DNA of 64,000 nt from Octopus sinensis (taxonomy: Eukaryota), in the NCBI RefSeq assembly GCF_006345805.1, contig NC_043021.1, positions 20,584,001 to 20,648,000 of the forward strand. The letters are read 5' to 3'. Position 1 is the first letter of the stretch, and each line of letters opens with the position of its first letter. Below, one piece after another: positions 25,987 through 40,646 of this stretch. The notes beneath the pieces were generated by a model. The model worked only from the letters and a program-made list of their open reading frames with translations, did no database searches and was not told where the DNA came from. A program made the position numbers and the translations under genes.

Positions 25987-27534
25987 TCATTTAAGTACTG
26001 TATATTTCAGTCTTGTTAACTGGTATTGCTAGCTGTTGCTTGCAAACCTTTGCACTATCCAGCATAATCCAACCGTTGCTTCCACACAAATCGTTGTCAC
26101 TTGAGCTGGCAGAAATGTTAGCTCGCCGGGCGAAATGCTTAGCGGTATTTCATCTGCTGTTACGTTCTGAGTTCAAATTGCACCGAGGTCGACTTTGCCT
26201 TTCATCCTTTCAAGGTCGATAAATTATGTACCAGTTACGCACTGGGGTCGATGTAATCGACTTAATCCCTTTGTCCTTGTTTGTCCTCTCTGTGTTCAGC
26301 CCCTTGTGGGCAATAAAGAAATAAGTATTTCGTCTGCCGCTACTTTCTGAGTTCAAATTGCGCCAAGGTCGACTTAGCCTTTCATCCTGTCAGGGTCAAT
26401 AAATTAAGTACCAGTTACGCACTGGGGTCGTTGCAATAGACTTAATCCCTTTGTCTGTCCTTGTTTGTCCCCTCTATGTTTAGCACCTTGTGGGTAATAA
26501 AGAAATAACAAATCTTTGCCACTCATCCTCCTACTTCATACCTATCTCCTAACAGTGATTCCTACAAATCCCTACACCCAACCCCCACCCATCTATTTCC
26601 CTTGCATTCGTCTACCAACTCTGCATGCTATTTTGTCTTCCACTCTCTCACTTCCAACTTATCTTCATTCCCTATAAGACGTTCACTTCCATAATTGACG
26701 ATACGATCAATGGCGTTGAGTGGGTGTGTGTGAAGTTTGCAGACCACAAAGAGCAGTGACCTTACATATGTGCATTTGCTGTGGTCGAAAATACATTACA
26801 TTTACAAAAGGGGTGACTAATTTGGCATGGCCAAGGGTGGCCAAAAGTCATGCTACATTACTGCACGTGATGTTCTGCTATTGCCACAAAAGACAGATCA
26901 GGTCTCAGGATTCTGTTCACCACTTCTACTGGCATCATTTGCTCCGTTTCCCCATTCATTACTATCTTCCAGCTTCTGGAGTACTTGATTATTCTTCTAA
27001 GTATAGGCTGAGAGAAGAGCTCTACAGCAAAATATGCTACAGCGAGCCTCTTCACTTCTTGTAGAACTGGCACACCTCACTTTTGTTAATCCCTCATCTC
27101 TTAAAATACACCGGAAATTGTAGCACATCCAGTGTGGAACCAATTACAGACCAAAGAGATCTTGCTAATATTAAACTTAGATCGGTTCATGAGAAGTTCT
27201 TCTGATCCATATCTGATCATTCCACAAGATGAACTTCTGCAGATGATTTTTATCCATCAATAGTTTAGGCGTCTGATGAAATAGTAGGTAATTTCTGATT
27301 GCATAATACATCAATTATGAATATATTACCATGCTGCTGAAACATATGTTACATGTATTGAACTGTTATTGTTCATTTATTTTCTTTTATAATATTTCTT
27401 TACCATATGACATGTGTAACAAATGTTACTATTGAGATTAAAGTTGCAGAATACCTAATGTCATTAAATATTTGTGATTACGTTATCTAATCTTATAATT
27501 GGAAGATAAGATGGGGATATTAATTTATTAGTTT

Positions 27535-30500
27535 CCCTACAATGTTCACGGCTTCATTGGTGGCTAATGAGCCCTGCTCTTGTCAAGCATACACGACTGC
27601 AAACATTGCAAACCAAGCTTTCCCCATTCACTATACAAGCCGTGTGCTTTCGCACAGCTCGCTTAAGTTCTTCATGCTGGATACATGCTCTCCCAAATGT
27701 GTCGATCCCCTCCTTAACTTGCTTCCTCCATCTGTGGTGATGACAGGCATTGTTCTCCTAGTCAGTGTCCTGCATATCACAGTCCTTAAATCGCAGCCTT
27801 GGTTTCTGCCGGAGTCTCCTTCCATTCACGAGTTCTACATAGAGAATCTGCTTAGGAATCCTGTTATCCTTCATTCTAATAAGGTGTCCAGTTCAACGTA
27901 ACTGGTGCTTGTGCACCATTGCCTCAATACTCAAGATATCAGCTGTCCTCAGGACCTGGGTGTCTGGAATTTTTGAGGTCCAGCCAACATTGAGAATGTG
28001 TCTGAGACATCTCTGATGAAAGCGTTCAAGGGCCCTTACCTGATGTTTGTACAGTGTCCATGTCTCACATGAGTAGAGGAGCGATGTCAGTACATACGCA
28101 CGGTACACAGCAACTTCTGTTCGCCTTGCGATGCCATGTTGGGACCAGACACGAGACTGAAGAGACCGGAAGGAATTAGTTGCTCTCTGCAACCTGAAAG
28201 ATATTTTCTCATCCAGGGAGCAAGAACGGCTGAGTGTGCTGCCCAGGTAGACAAACTTGTCTACTACCTTCAGAATTGTTCCTTTAACCAGGATAGCTGG
28301 TTCCATATATGGATTTCCTGATGCAGGCTGGAACATTACAACAGTCTTGTCCAGGCTAATGCCGAATCCAAATGCCTTGCAAGAAGCAGAAATGTAATCC
28401 ATGAGTATTTGCATGTCATCCACTGTATGAGTGACTAAGTCACAGTCATCTGCATAAAGGAGGTCACGAATAATAGACTGGGAAACCTTTGAATTGGCGA
28501 AGATTAAAGAGGCGGACAGAAGATCAGTATCTGACATATATTCCCAGAGAGCTAACCTTAGCAAAAGCATGAGTAGAAGCAGCAGCAAAGCACAAAGAAA
28601 AGAGTGTTGAGGCAAGGATGTTACCCTGCTTGACACCATTCTCTACAGGAATGGGTCCCGCCATGGCACCACCAACATTGACCCAAGCCTCCATCCCATC
28701 ATGAAATGATTTAATTATAGATACAAAGTGATCCAGACATCCAAGTGTGCCAAGTATTTTCCATAGAAAGGCCCTATTTACAGTATCAAAGGCCTTTGTT
28801 AAATCAATGAATACCTGGACAAGATCCATATTCTGCTCATAGCACTTCTGCATCTGTCTTGCTGTGAAAATCATATCCATTGTCCCTCTACCAGATCGGA
28901 AGCCACATTGAGATTCAGATAGGACATCATTTACGAGACACCCATTCAGACGGGTAAGAAGAATATTTGCCAGAACCTTGCCAGCAGCTGATAGTAGAGC
29001 AATACCTCTGTAGTTACCACACATTGTTCTGGCTCCTTTTCCTTTATATAGAAGAAGAATAATTGCATCCTTCCAGTCCTTAGGGATTGCACCATCCCTC
29101 CAGACTGCTCTAATAAGTTCATGAAGGGACTGTGTGATGTAATTACCACCAAATTGCAAGACCTCAGCACAAATTCCATCCTTTCCAGGTGCCCTACCAA
29201 GATTCAATTTACTTATTGATGTCATTACTTCATCTATTGAGGGCGAGGAGTCTAAGGAGCCAATGATAGGTCTTTGTTGCATAGTATCAATTACTCTCAT
29301 CCACAACTGACTCATGGTTTAGGAGTTCAGAGAAGTGTTCGATCCAGCGACCTGTGATTTCTGTTGATTTAGTAAACAGAGTGGAAGACTCCTTGGAAAG
29401 CGAAGGAGCTGATATGGAGCTCTTAGGTCCATAAGCTCGCTTCATAAGATGGTAAAGCTTCTTGCTGTCATTTGCATCAGCAGCAGCCTGAACATCACGA
29501 GCAAGATCCTCCCACCAAGTGTTCTGCATCCTCCTGAGAGATCGCTGCAGTAGTGATATTACACTGTTATAGTGGGCAAGTGCTAGACTTCGCTGCACAG
29601 TAGACAGTTCTCTGTGTAGCAACACACTGTGCAGTCTCTGTGTCTGGCAGTAACATACCCCAGTGTTTCGGCTGCACATTGAACAACCTGGTCTCGAAAA
29701 TCTTCCCATGCTGCAGCAGTTTCAATGCTGGACAAGCGAGTCTGAAGCTCTTTCCTAAACACAACATATACCTTGTGGACATTTAGACGGCGAGGAATGC
29801 TGACTGGTCCACTTCTCTCTTTTGCCCTAATCACCATTCGGAACTTTGCTCGCACCAGACTGTGATCTGTCCAGCATTCTGATCCATGCAAGGACTTGAC
29901 ATTACAAATGTCACGCTTGCAGATGATGACATAATCCAGCAAGTGCCAAACTTTGGACCTTGGATGCATCCATGTTGTTGTGTGATCACCTTTGTGCACA
30001 AAATGAGCGCTTGCAATGTAAAGTTCATGTTCTTCGCAAAGCTCCAGTAGCATGAGACCATTGCTATTCATTTTCCCTACTCCAAAATGTCCTAGAGAGT
30101 TCCATGTATGCCAGTCTGTTCCAACCCTGGCATTAAAATCCCCCAGTAGAATGACTTTATCAGAATTGGGGATTTTTCTAAGTATGGCTCTCAGCTGGGT
30201 ATAAAAGATTGTTTTATCTTCATCACAGCTAGTCAAAGTAGGTGCATAGGCACTTATTAGAGTAGCAAACTGCTTACCTTTCAAGTGCAACCGTAGCGTC
30301 ATTATACATTCATTTATAGGAACAGGGAGCTCTTCCAACTTCTTAAGGATATCAGATCGGACTGCAAAACCAACACCAGCCTCTCTGTGCTCCTCCTCCT
30401 GCCTTCCTTTCCAAAAAAAGGTGTATCCACCTCCTACTTCCTCAAGCTGACCATCACCTTCTATACGAGTCTCTGAGAGTGCAGCTATATCAATTTTATA

Positions 30501-30900
30501 ATGGTTCAGCTCACGAGCAACAAGTGCAGTGCGTCTTTCAGGCCTGCAATCACTCTTGTTGTCTAACAGTGCGCACATTCCAACATGAAATGTTTAAGTT
30601 CCGTCCAGATTTTATACATAAAAGACTCTTTGTTTTTCGAGCGCAGGGTGGACATTCGTCAGTCGCGCTAAACTGACCAGATATGGAAAGACAGGCAATT
30701 TTTGGTTCACCTTTTCTAGAACCTCCCCGGTCTCCGTGATCTCTAGCACAAACCAAAGATCCCCAAAATGTCCAATGCCATTCCTTGCATATCTGGTTTT
30801 GTATCAGAGTGACCTTCTCCTAGAGACATGCTTTAACAAACACTGAGGGGTGCCTCACTGCCAGTGGTCTTTCGGCATGCCGGACACCATCCCGGAATTT
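27535..30900 (-). mobile_element. Near full-length RTE-clade LINE (APE-RT-C2H2), frameshifted
   Basis: WNVRT, ERRTALVAREL..YKIDIAALSETR, YAPT, LGDFNARVG and WMHPRSK (APE). NYRGIALLS, ESQCGFRSGRGT.DMIF, FIDLTKAFDTV, GVKQG, LLYADD, F.YLGS, LLYSCETW and FHQRCLR (RT). Terminal CNVCSRVC...GLISH zinc finger. Confidence 0.95.
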
Positions 30901-31659
30901 CTGCGTACCCGTGCTAACATTTATTGGATGGCCGTTGACTCTCAAGAGGTCCTCTGCCCTTTGACGGGTTTTATTTTCATCCTGCAGGGTGTCCAATAAA
31001 CACCCTCCTCACCAAGCAAGCTTGGTGGGGTTGCCGGTTTAGTCGCCGACGACCCGACCATGCAACAGGTTGTACTGGGTTACATGTTACCAGTAGCACC
31101 CGAAAGTGACCTGACATACACACACACACATACATACATACATACGCACACACACACACACACACATACAGTTCTTTAATAAGAATAGTATTGACAATTA
31201 CTTCGAAATTTCAGCTTACTAAGCCATCCCCGTATAGCCCAATGCCGGTTGAGTAGGTGGAACTTCGAAGTCACTGTCAGTACTATTTTTGTTAAAGAAT
31301 AATAGATTTGTGCTCTACAAAAATTAAGTAATCTTTCGGTGTAATGTAATTGTTTTTATTATAACTTAGCATAAAAAACAAACCCTAATGTGTGTGTATA
31401 TACACACACACACATACTCGTTCACTTGACCGGCGGAAATCTTTTCAAAGTTGAAAAAACTTATTAATTACTCATCACCGGGTATGTGGCACCGGCTTGT
31501 TGATTTCATCATTCGCATCTTGTAAATTTCTACAAAATCAAAAAATAAAATTCTTTTAATTCATATCAGAGAGTTCTATTCCTTTCAATTCTCTTTCCAT
31601 TCCCACCCACTTCCTTGAAAAAACAGCCAGAAACTTTACTGTGTCTGCAACTTGCCCGG

Positions 31660-31865
31660 TTCAAATTTCATACGCGTAATTCTTGCGGACGACTACCGGC
31701 AGCCACGTTGACAAAATTCCCATTGGTCCTTTCTGGTCACGTGCTGGCGAACGGTGCGTTTCGATTGGTGCGTTTCTCTCCGTTCACAATATCAAGAGCC
31801 GAAGCCATTGAGAAAGGCCGAACGTTTCCTTTATAAGTGGGTGAGTATAAAAGCAACGTGGCATT
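31660..31865 (+). promoter_or_regulatory. Probable promoter of the calumenin-like gene
   Basis: Repeat-free CpG-rich patch with GCCACGT at 31702 (+) and about 31857-31863 (-), inverted CCAAT boxes (ATTGG at about 31723 and 31766), and CACGTG at 31738. Followed by consensus donors GTGAGT at 31841 and 32045. Confidence 0.55.
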
Positions 31866-32044
31866 CTTGTCCCGATTGCTTCACTGTTTAATTGTTTATT
31901 TTATTTCTCTCCCCTTCTCTCTATCCGAGAAGTGCCGAGTGTCGTTTTCGCTTTAAATCGCTTGACATTTGCAAAAAAAAAAATTGGACCAAAACATTTT
32001 GCTTCCATTCGCTTCCAAAAGGATCTGTGATTATTCGTGAAACA
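31790..32044 (+). other. Candidate non-coding 5'UTR exon(s) of the calumenin-like gene
   Basis: Two GTGAGT donors (31841 and 32045). The first coding exon at 40499 begins with a splice acceptor, so an upstream exon is required. Start position is approximate. Confidence 0.45.
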
Positions 32045-32705
32045 GTGAGTACGCCTATAAAGTTATATACACAGACACATACATACATGCATATATTACA
32101 TTTATATACCTATTTCTTTACTCTCACACACCGATGCATCTTTGTCCGTCAGTTTGTGTGCGGAACCCTCAGAGATAGCTCAAGTGCTAATCCTTATATC
32201 GGTGCCGGAGTCGATGAAGATCCGCTCCTCCAAGAACCAATTGCCAAAATCTTCCCTCAAACCATATACACTGCTTCAAAGAGAGGACATATACGATAAT
32301 GCATACATATATATATAATGCATATATATATATATATATATATACGATAATACATATATATATATATATATATAATATATATATATATATGTGTATGTAT
32401 GTGTGTGTGTGTGTGTGTATGTGTGTGTGTGTGTGTATATGTGTGTGTATGTGTATATATGTATATGTATGTATATATATATATGTATATATACGTATAT
32501 ATGTATTTTTTTTAAAGTAGAGGAAATAGCTAAGGTTCTTTGGCTGCTATTTCTAAACTTCGGTATGTGGTAAAGCAAATCTTTGCTGAACTCTCTTATA
32601 AAGTATTTAGTTTACCGTGAAATGGTCCTTTTTTCATGCAGAATTCTACTTGGTGAAATTATTGATTACTTGTTAACTAATGATTTTTACCCTTTGTTAT
32701 TATTG

Positions 32706-32742
<37 letters not shown>

Positions 32743-32880
32743 ATATATATAATATATATATATATATATCACCCTGACCGACCAATCCATCAGATGTTGC
32801 TACACATCGCTGATCACAATGCGCTTCGCATTGTTTTAGCCTTCGAATGACGCCACCCCGCTGGTTAAGCGAGCAGGCCA

Positions 32881-32928
<48 letters not shown>

Positions 32929-35900
32929 ATATATATAATATACATATAACATATATATAATATATATATGTATGTATATGAAAAAAATAGTCATGAAAGG
33001 CAAGATGATCGCAACTATGTCTTGCTCGATGACGGCTTAACTGTGCCTAAACAATTACTCCCCCAAGAATTTCTTTTTTCGGAACATTGGATCTCGAACC
33101 ACATCACATAAAGCTATGTATATAAATAGTTGAATTGAAAATCACTTTTAGATAGAAAAAAAAATCGAAGGCTGCTGTTTTGCCAATATATATATATATA
33201 TCCAATATATATATATATATAATTTTCGTAGAGTGGGTGTAGAATATAATTTGAATATTTATTCATCATTTATATACATTAGAGTGTATAAACTAAAGAA
33301 AAATATAAATAAATACCTGAGGAGTTTATTTCTTAAGCTAATGACTTATTTTGTCCTTACTCGGTGTTTTTCAAAATTAACCTGCATCCAACCATTCTAT
33401 TAATATATTTCTTACATTTTGCTTTGAAAACTTTTTGTGTGTGTGTGTGTGTGTTACCTTTTCTAAGCTTCGTTTTCTGTTTAACCTACCATTTGGCATT
33501 CAGAAAAGTTTTTAGATAAATTTGGCAATCCGCTCTTAGTCGCACCTTCATCGTTTCGCTGATGCTTGTCTTGAAGAGTCTGATGCAAGAAGGAGTTTCA
33601 TCAATATCATCTTAACTCTCTCATCTCTAAAAATCTGAAACTTTTCTTATTCTCCTTTTAAAAATTCCATAATATTCCATTGTAAAACTATTGTTCATTT
33701 TCCATCCATTTTCTATTATATTCTAATAATATAAGAATTTTTAATACTTTTTAGCTGATGAATAAACTTTGTAAAATATTTTGGCGAAATAGCCGCTATT
33801 CTTACTATATTAAAAAACTTTTTCTTTGTACACTTTTTGGTCTTACAAAATTCTCTCTCTCTTTCTCTCTGCGCTCTTGAACTATATTTAGTGTAGTTTG
33901 AGCGAAAGTATCCATTTTCTTGAAAATTTTGCGGACATTCCAGAGGTGGAGGCGCACTTGTGTTAATTAGGCCTCTTTTTCAAAGATGTACCAACCATGA
34001 CCCCCCCCTGTCTTTTGGGAGAGGTGGGAGGTTGGGTCCTGCCCACCCAGGACTACATCCCCTAATATGTCTTTTCTAAAATGCTAGGTGTATGATGTGA
34101 GAGATTTGGCTGTCATTTCTAGTAAGTCGAGCCATTAGATGTAAGTATATCTTAAAAAGAAGAAGAAAAAATCTTACTAATTTGTTAACTCTGATTTCTT
34201 CAGACTTGTGAAATATATTCAAAAAGCAGAATCTAGAGATAGTGGAAAATTATAGTCTTCTTTGGTGATATTTCTGTATGGCAGCTTATCCCGAAAAATT
34301 GCTTACTGACATTTGAAATCTCAATATCAATTATTGTCTGTTATAAACATACACACATGGTGTTAGACGAATGTGTTGCTATAATCATAACATGCTTTGC
34401 TTAATCCACTCTGGCTCGTCTTCAGATCGAATCAAGGATAGAACTGCTATGTCGGCTTTCTGCTTACTAGAAATAGCAATTATATCTCCCTCAAGTCGCA
34501 TCCTGTCGACTTCACGAAATATATTGAGAATACTCTTTATTGTATGAATAGTCGGTCATTATCTATGATATCCAAATGCGTTCTCAGTAAAGTATAATTT
34601 GATATGACAGTCTATATTTATTTAGTGATGTTTATAGACTCAAAGAAAAAAAAAAGCGATGCGGTGTAACAGTGAAGAATCGACAAATAGAATCCCTGAT
34701 GTACAAAAGATAGGATGATCACGGTTGTGACATCTTTGATCCTTGGATCGCTCGATAGTGGTTGAGCTGAGGATAACAACCCTTCTGAAGTTGGCGCCCG
34801 ATTTGAGAAGCAATATCCGTAGAAGTGGAGTCGCTGCCCTAACTGGGGCCTAGTTGAAGAAAGAGTAGCAAAAATCTCTTTGCATTTACGTGGCACTGTC
34901 TAAAAAGGGAGGGGCGGGAATGGTAGATTGGATAATGGAGTTCTAGATATATTTATAAAAATACGGAATGGTTTGATCGAGGAAACTCGAGTTGATCACT
35001 CGATCTGCTGCCACCAAATCTTTAAAAAGGAATTACATTTTGGATAATGTAGTTCTAGATAAAGCACTTTAATAAATATATCTGGGCGGTGGCCATGGGC
35101 TGGAACGAGATAAAATTATTAAGAACTAAATAAAAATATTTTGAGATTTTTTAAAAATAAGCTATCTCGTTATACTTGAATTGATAGAACTCTAACGGTC
35201 TTCATTTATTTACAAGATAAACGTGTTTTTTTTTATGTTGTTAGAATCTAATTTTTGCTGTTCATTTAAATTTTAATACCAATTCCTAAATAAGTTATTA
35301 GCAACAGTAACACTAATAACTAATTAGTTAGAACGCAAATGTTTTCTGCAAATTCAATTTCTTATTTCTTTTTGAGATGTGTTTTTATACCTTTACGTAA
35401 ATTGAATTCCTATCTTTTTATCACGATTGTCATTTAAACCTGCTTTTCATTCTCCGTTTCTGGCCTATCAATTTTTCATTTTACACTTTCATACAAACAT
35501 GCTGCCGTCTGAAATGTCATCTATATATGTATAAAGTACCAATCTAAATGTAAAATTCATCGAGACACTACTTCGTTATCTCCACAGAATTTTGACAATT
35601 TTTTCGCACGTTGCTTCCATAGAATTTTGACGTTACTTGTTTCTGCACGATTGAAAGGGTGAAAGCGCCAAGACAGACTGCATTTAGACCAATGCACACA
35701 CCCATTGCGGATGGGTTTGGCTGGAGCATTTTTTTTTACCATAGGCCTGCCCAATCTTGGCTGACCTGGGGTTAAAACAAACATCGACATTGAGTGAACC
35801 TAGTAGCTGTCAGAATTGAAGCCAATTACGTGAAGGAAAAAATATTTTTTTGCTTCAATTATGCAATTAACTAAGAGAAATATTAATGATTAATTTTTTT

Positions 35901-37147
35901 CTGTACCGTTTCTTCTTAATGGCTCTCTAAGAGAATCTTTCAACCACTTTGACGTCATACTCAGAGCCAGCCGCACGAAGACCAGAAGTGTACTTGTGTG
36001 TGTGTGTGTGTGTATCATCTGTCAACATTTCTTCGTGTTGAATTCTAAACTCGTGGGAATTGGGTCAAAGCTTGGTGACTGTATTCTTTGACAACTGTGT
36101 TTCGTCTAGATCATCATTTCTTCTTTTTCGAACTATGCTCCATCTCTAACTTAGCTGCTGATAGCAGAGGAGCCCTCTAAACCAGACACGGGCAACTTTT
36201 CGCTTTCTCTCTCTCTCTCTTTTTTTTTCCTTCGAGAAGCGGGCTGCATTGATCATCATCAGTCGGGGTCACCTTATTAAAAAAAGAATTTTGAGTAATT
36301 TTTCGTTAGACGAGCCATTCGGAAAGTCCCGTGGGTCGAAGGTTATCCATGGCTGCTCTTAGCAATCTTGCTTCACCTACTAGAAACAGCAGCTATATAT
36401 CTTTCAAATTTTATCCATCTTGAAACCCCCCCCCCAAAAAAAACACATTAGATAATGTTATCGTTGGTATACAAAAAAAAAAAAGAAAAGAAAAAGCTGA
36501 CCAATGGCTAAGCAATAATATTGTGCAACTTTGTGAAACCTTAAAGTAAAAAGAATAAGAATTGGTAAGGTTTCAAAATTAGCTGAAGCTGCTTTATATA
36601 TAACCATTTTCTCACACCGTCTCCGATGAAAGGATATATAAAATATCTTGGAAACAGCTCTAAGACCTTCTATTTATAAATGTTCTGAAATCTCTCACAG
36701 CCTTGAATTTTTATCTCATTCTGTTATTTTTTTATATATATACACATGTTGATATATGACCTACATTGGACTCCTCATTCGCATAATCACCAAACCTGGA
36801 ACTTAATTATGTCTGTCTATAGCACTTACTCAGCATTACCTGACACCTTTGGGTCTTATTGACACCATTACCTCTCATAACTATATATATATATATATAT
36901 CACCTTGACCAACCAGTCCATCGGGCATCCATGTGACACCGCTGGTCACAGCACACTGTCCACTCCTCTCTGGATTGCGCCTTTCTCATCCACGTGATCC
37001 CAATCGTCCTCCTGAAATCGTAACTCCACCGTTGGAGGCCTTCCGAGTGGTCGTTTCCGCTCGCGCGGGTACCACTCGACAACTGCGCGTGTCCACCGAT
37101 TTTCGGTGAGCCGGGTGATGTGTCCAGCCCATCACGCAGCCAGTTTA

Positions 37148-37200
<53 letters not shown>

Positions 37201-39510
37201 TAATCATTGTTTGTCTTTTTCATGTTGGCATGGGTTGGACGGTTTGACATGGAGTTGGCCAGCCTGGGAGCTGGGCATGGTTTCTACAGCAGGATGCTCT
37301 TCCTAACGCCAGCACACTTTACAAAGTGTGCTGGTTGCTTTTTACATGCCACTGGCATGACTACGTTTACGCACCACCAGCATGGATGCATTTATGCAAC
37401 ACTGGCATAGGTGCATTTTATGTGACACCAGCACTCGCAAAGGACAAGCCTGCATGTATGGAAGATAGTGATTTTACTTGGTTTGACATGTTTTTTCAAG
37501 AACAGCAAATTGTCACAACTCCCGACTCCTTGTCATTTCCTCAGAAAGGCCCAGTGCAGTAGAGAGGACCTGTGGAAGAGGTAGACCCAGAGAAACCTAG
37601 GATGAGGTAGTGAAGCACGATCTTTGAACATTGGGTCTCATGGAGGTGATGACAAGTGACCAAGACCTTCAGAGTTATGCTATCCTTGAGAAGACCCGGC
37701 AAGCCAAGTGAGACTGTAACAATGGCCTGTGCCAGTACAGCATAACCAGCCCAGTTAAGAGTACCCCTTCAATCATTGAGCAATAAACTGCGCTTGCGAA
37801 GACCTGTTGAGTCAAGTGAAGTCATTGTCATGATCGATGACAGTATCGCCTGATTGGCATCCATACCAGTGGCACATAAAAAGCATCATTCAAGCGTGGT
37901 CATTGCCAATGCCACCTGACTGGCTCCCCTGCTGGTGTCATGTAAAAAGCACCATTACAGCATGGTCAATGCCAGTACTGTCTGACTGGCCCTCATGCTG
38001 GTGGCATATAAAAAGCACCCACTACACTCTTGGAGTGGTTGGTGTTAGGAAGGGCATCCAGTTTTAAAAACTTTGCCAGATCAGATTTGAGTCTGGCGCA
38101 GCCTTCTGGCTTGCCATCCCTTAGTCAAACTATCCAACCCATGCCAGCATGGAAAGTGGATGGCAAATGATGATGATGATTATATATATATATATATATA
38201 TATTAATTGCTGGTGGGGACATTGTATTTCACTATGCATCTGTAATATACTACCAAGTATGTTTTTATTATTATGGCTGGCTTCCAATCTGGGCTGCAGC
38301 TACAAAGTTCATCCACCACACTTCTTGGTCCATCATCACTGCCTCAAGGTCCTGGATGCATTCATTCCAGGTCAGTGTCTACAACCAAGTTATCAATGTG
38401 TGACAATGTTTTCCTCTGCTTACATCATCATGAAGTGGGTTCCACCACACACACACACACACACACGCACGCGCGCGGAATATACTGTGTTTGAGAAGGA
38501 AGATCCATCAAGCTGAGTGAAATCGTAGCCATGGCAGATACTGGTGCCACACAATTGGCACGTAAAAGCACACATTACACTCTCGGAGTGGTTGGCATTA
38601 GGAAGGACATCCAGCTGTAGAAACCATGCCAAATCAGACTGGAGTCTGGTGCAGCCCTGGTCAAACTGTCAAACCCATGCCAGCAAGGACAACGGATGTT
38701 GAATGATGATGATATATACATGTACATACATACCTATATAAGTGTGTGTGAAGGTGCACAGATGTTGCATTTATGATCACAAAACCATGAATTTCAATTC
38801 CTAGACTAATGATGCATGCTATCTATTACAAGACAAGTGAACATGAGAAGTTCCCGTGAATGGTGATAGTAGTGGAAATTTCTTGTTGGGTGAGGATTTG
38901 ATCATCATATATATCATAGACTCACCCTTATGAGCATTCGGCAAGAAACTGCTGAACAACTACACAGATGATTTGTTTATAGTGATCAAATGTTTGTGTC
39001 CACATAAGCTCACTCGCTCCGTCAAATTGACATTACCTGTACAAATGAACTGAGTGCCACAACTCAGATGACGGAATGATCACCAAGCAATGTAAAATGA
39101 TGTGCTTTGCTCAAGAACACAACGCCATGCCTGGTCTGGGAGTCAAACCCCTGCTCTCACAATCATGAATGCAACACCCTAACCACTAAGCCATTAAGGA
39201 CTGGAACTTTCAATTTCCTGTAAGTCAGACCACCTCATGGTCCCAGCAGACAAAATGGAAAAGGTGTTGCCCCAGAGGATGGTGTGGGAGATGCACTGGA
39301 CTAACCACTCTGGCTTCCAGGGTTTGTACTTGTGGACATCTCCACCCCAAGATCAGTGGGTAATTGGTACTTATTTCATCAACCCCGAAAGGATGAAAGG
39401 CAAAGTTGACCTCAGTGGATTTTTGAACTCAGAATGTAAGGATGGATGGAATGCTGTGAAGCAGTTTGCCCAGCATTCTAACTATTCTGCCAGCTCACTG
39501 CCTTAATAAC

Positions 39511-39545
<35 letters not shown>

Positions 39546-40024
39546 TAATAATAATCCTTTCTACTATAGGCACAAGGCCTGAAAGTTGGGGGAGAAGGAT
39601 AGTCAATTACATCGACCCCAGTGTTTCACTGGTACTTAATTTACGGACCCTGAAAGGATGAAAGGCAAAGTCAACCTCAGCAGAATTTGAACTCAGAACG
39701 TAGCGATAGACAAAATACTACTAAGCATTCCGCCCAGCATGCTAACAATTCTGCCAGCTTGCCACCTTATAATAATAATTATAAAACAGGTATCGAGCAA
39801 GACATTTTTGAAAGAGGGAAAAATTGTTCATTTTGACACTGGTTCTATTTTGTTGTAGTGTCATAGGCTTAAACCCATGAAAATCTGAAAGGGTACAGTT
39901 ATTTATATGAATAACAATACTGATTGGTAACTGTGGAAAGACAAAAGGGACAGTCAGCCTCTGCTTAATTCCAACTTAATAATCCTAAAATCATGTATTT
40001 TCTAATTAAAAAAAAAAAAAAAAA

Positions 40025-40450
40025 TAGTAATGAAATTATTGTATACAGTGCTCAGGTGCACTACAACTTGTCAGAAAGTGCGTATAGAGTATATGCAGTA
40101 ATGTACAAATGTCTGGAAAGTGAACAGTGTATGAGTCAGATACATGCCTGCGTGTGTATGGAGGGGAGAAAATCAGGTGTAATGTTGGCAAATCTCAGGA
40201 AGCATGGAAGTTTTGAAGGATGCAGTGCTCCGACAACTAACAACTGATGCCGGCAGTTTGTTCCATGCTTCAGCAACTCTCAGCGTGAAAAAAATGTTTC
40301 CTAAAGTTATGGGAGCTGTGCTGTTTTCTGACTTTGTAAATATGTCCACGGGTGTCAGACGGGTGGAGTTCGAAAAGGTGCTTAGAGTTATTGTTTGTAA
40401 GATGGTTGATAATCTTATGGGTGTCTGCCAAGTCAGCTGCCAGACGTTGG
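40025..40450 (-). mobile_element. CR1-clade LINE 3' end
   Basis: Minus-strand translation DTRGHIYKVRKQH...RKHFFTLRVAEAWNKLPASVV, matching the CR1 ORF2 C-terminal motif, followed by a 3'UTR. Confidence 0.8.
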
Positions 40451-40519
40451 AGTGTTCACATATCTGATATGTTCTTTTTGTCTTTTCTCTATTTTCAGAT
40501 GTTGTCTAGTCAGGAAATA

Positions 40520-40612
40520 ATGAAGTACTATTCATTTTTTTTGACAATTTTTCTCTTTGCTACTACATTATGTTCCACTATTCCTAAACCAAAAGACAGA
40601 TCCATTGACAAG
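40520..40612 (+). CDS. CALU: Calumenin-like CREC protein, coding exon 1 (signal peptide)
   Basis: Acceptor TTTTCAG at 40498. Encodes MKYYSFFLTIFLFATTLCSTIPKPKDRSIDK, donor GTAAGT, phase 0. An in-frame upstream ATG at 40499 would add MLSSQEI. Confidence 0.85.
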
Positions 40613-40646
40613 GTAAGTGGTTTTTGTTATAAAAAAAGTTTTATCG

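Noticed and set aside
26720-27270. Unique-looking sequence with 114-aa and 71-aa ORFs
   Set aside because: No recognisable domain, splice structure or start context; cannot be supported without a database search.
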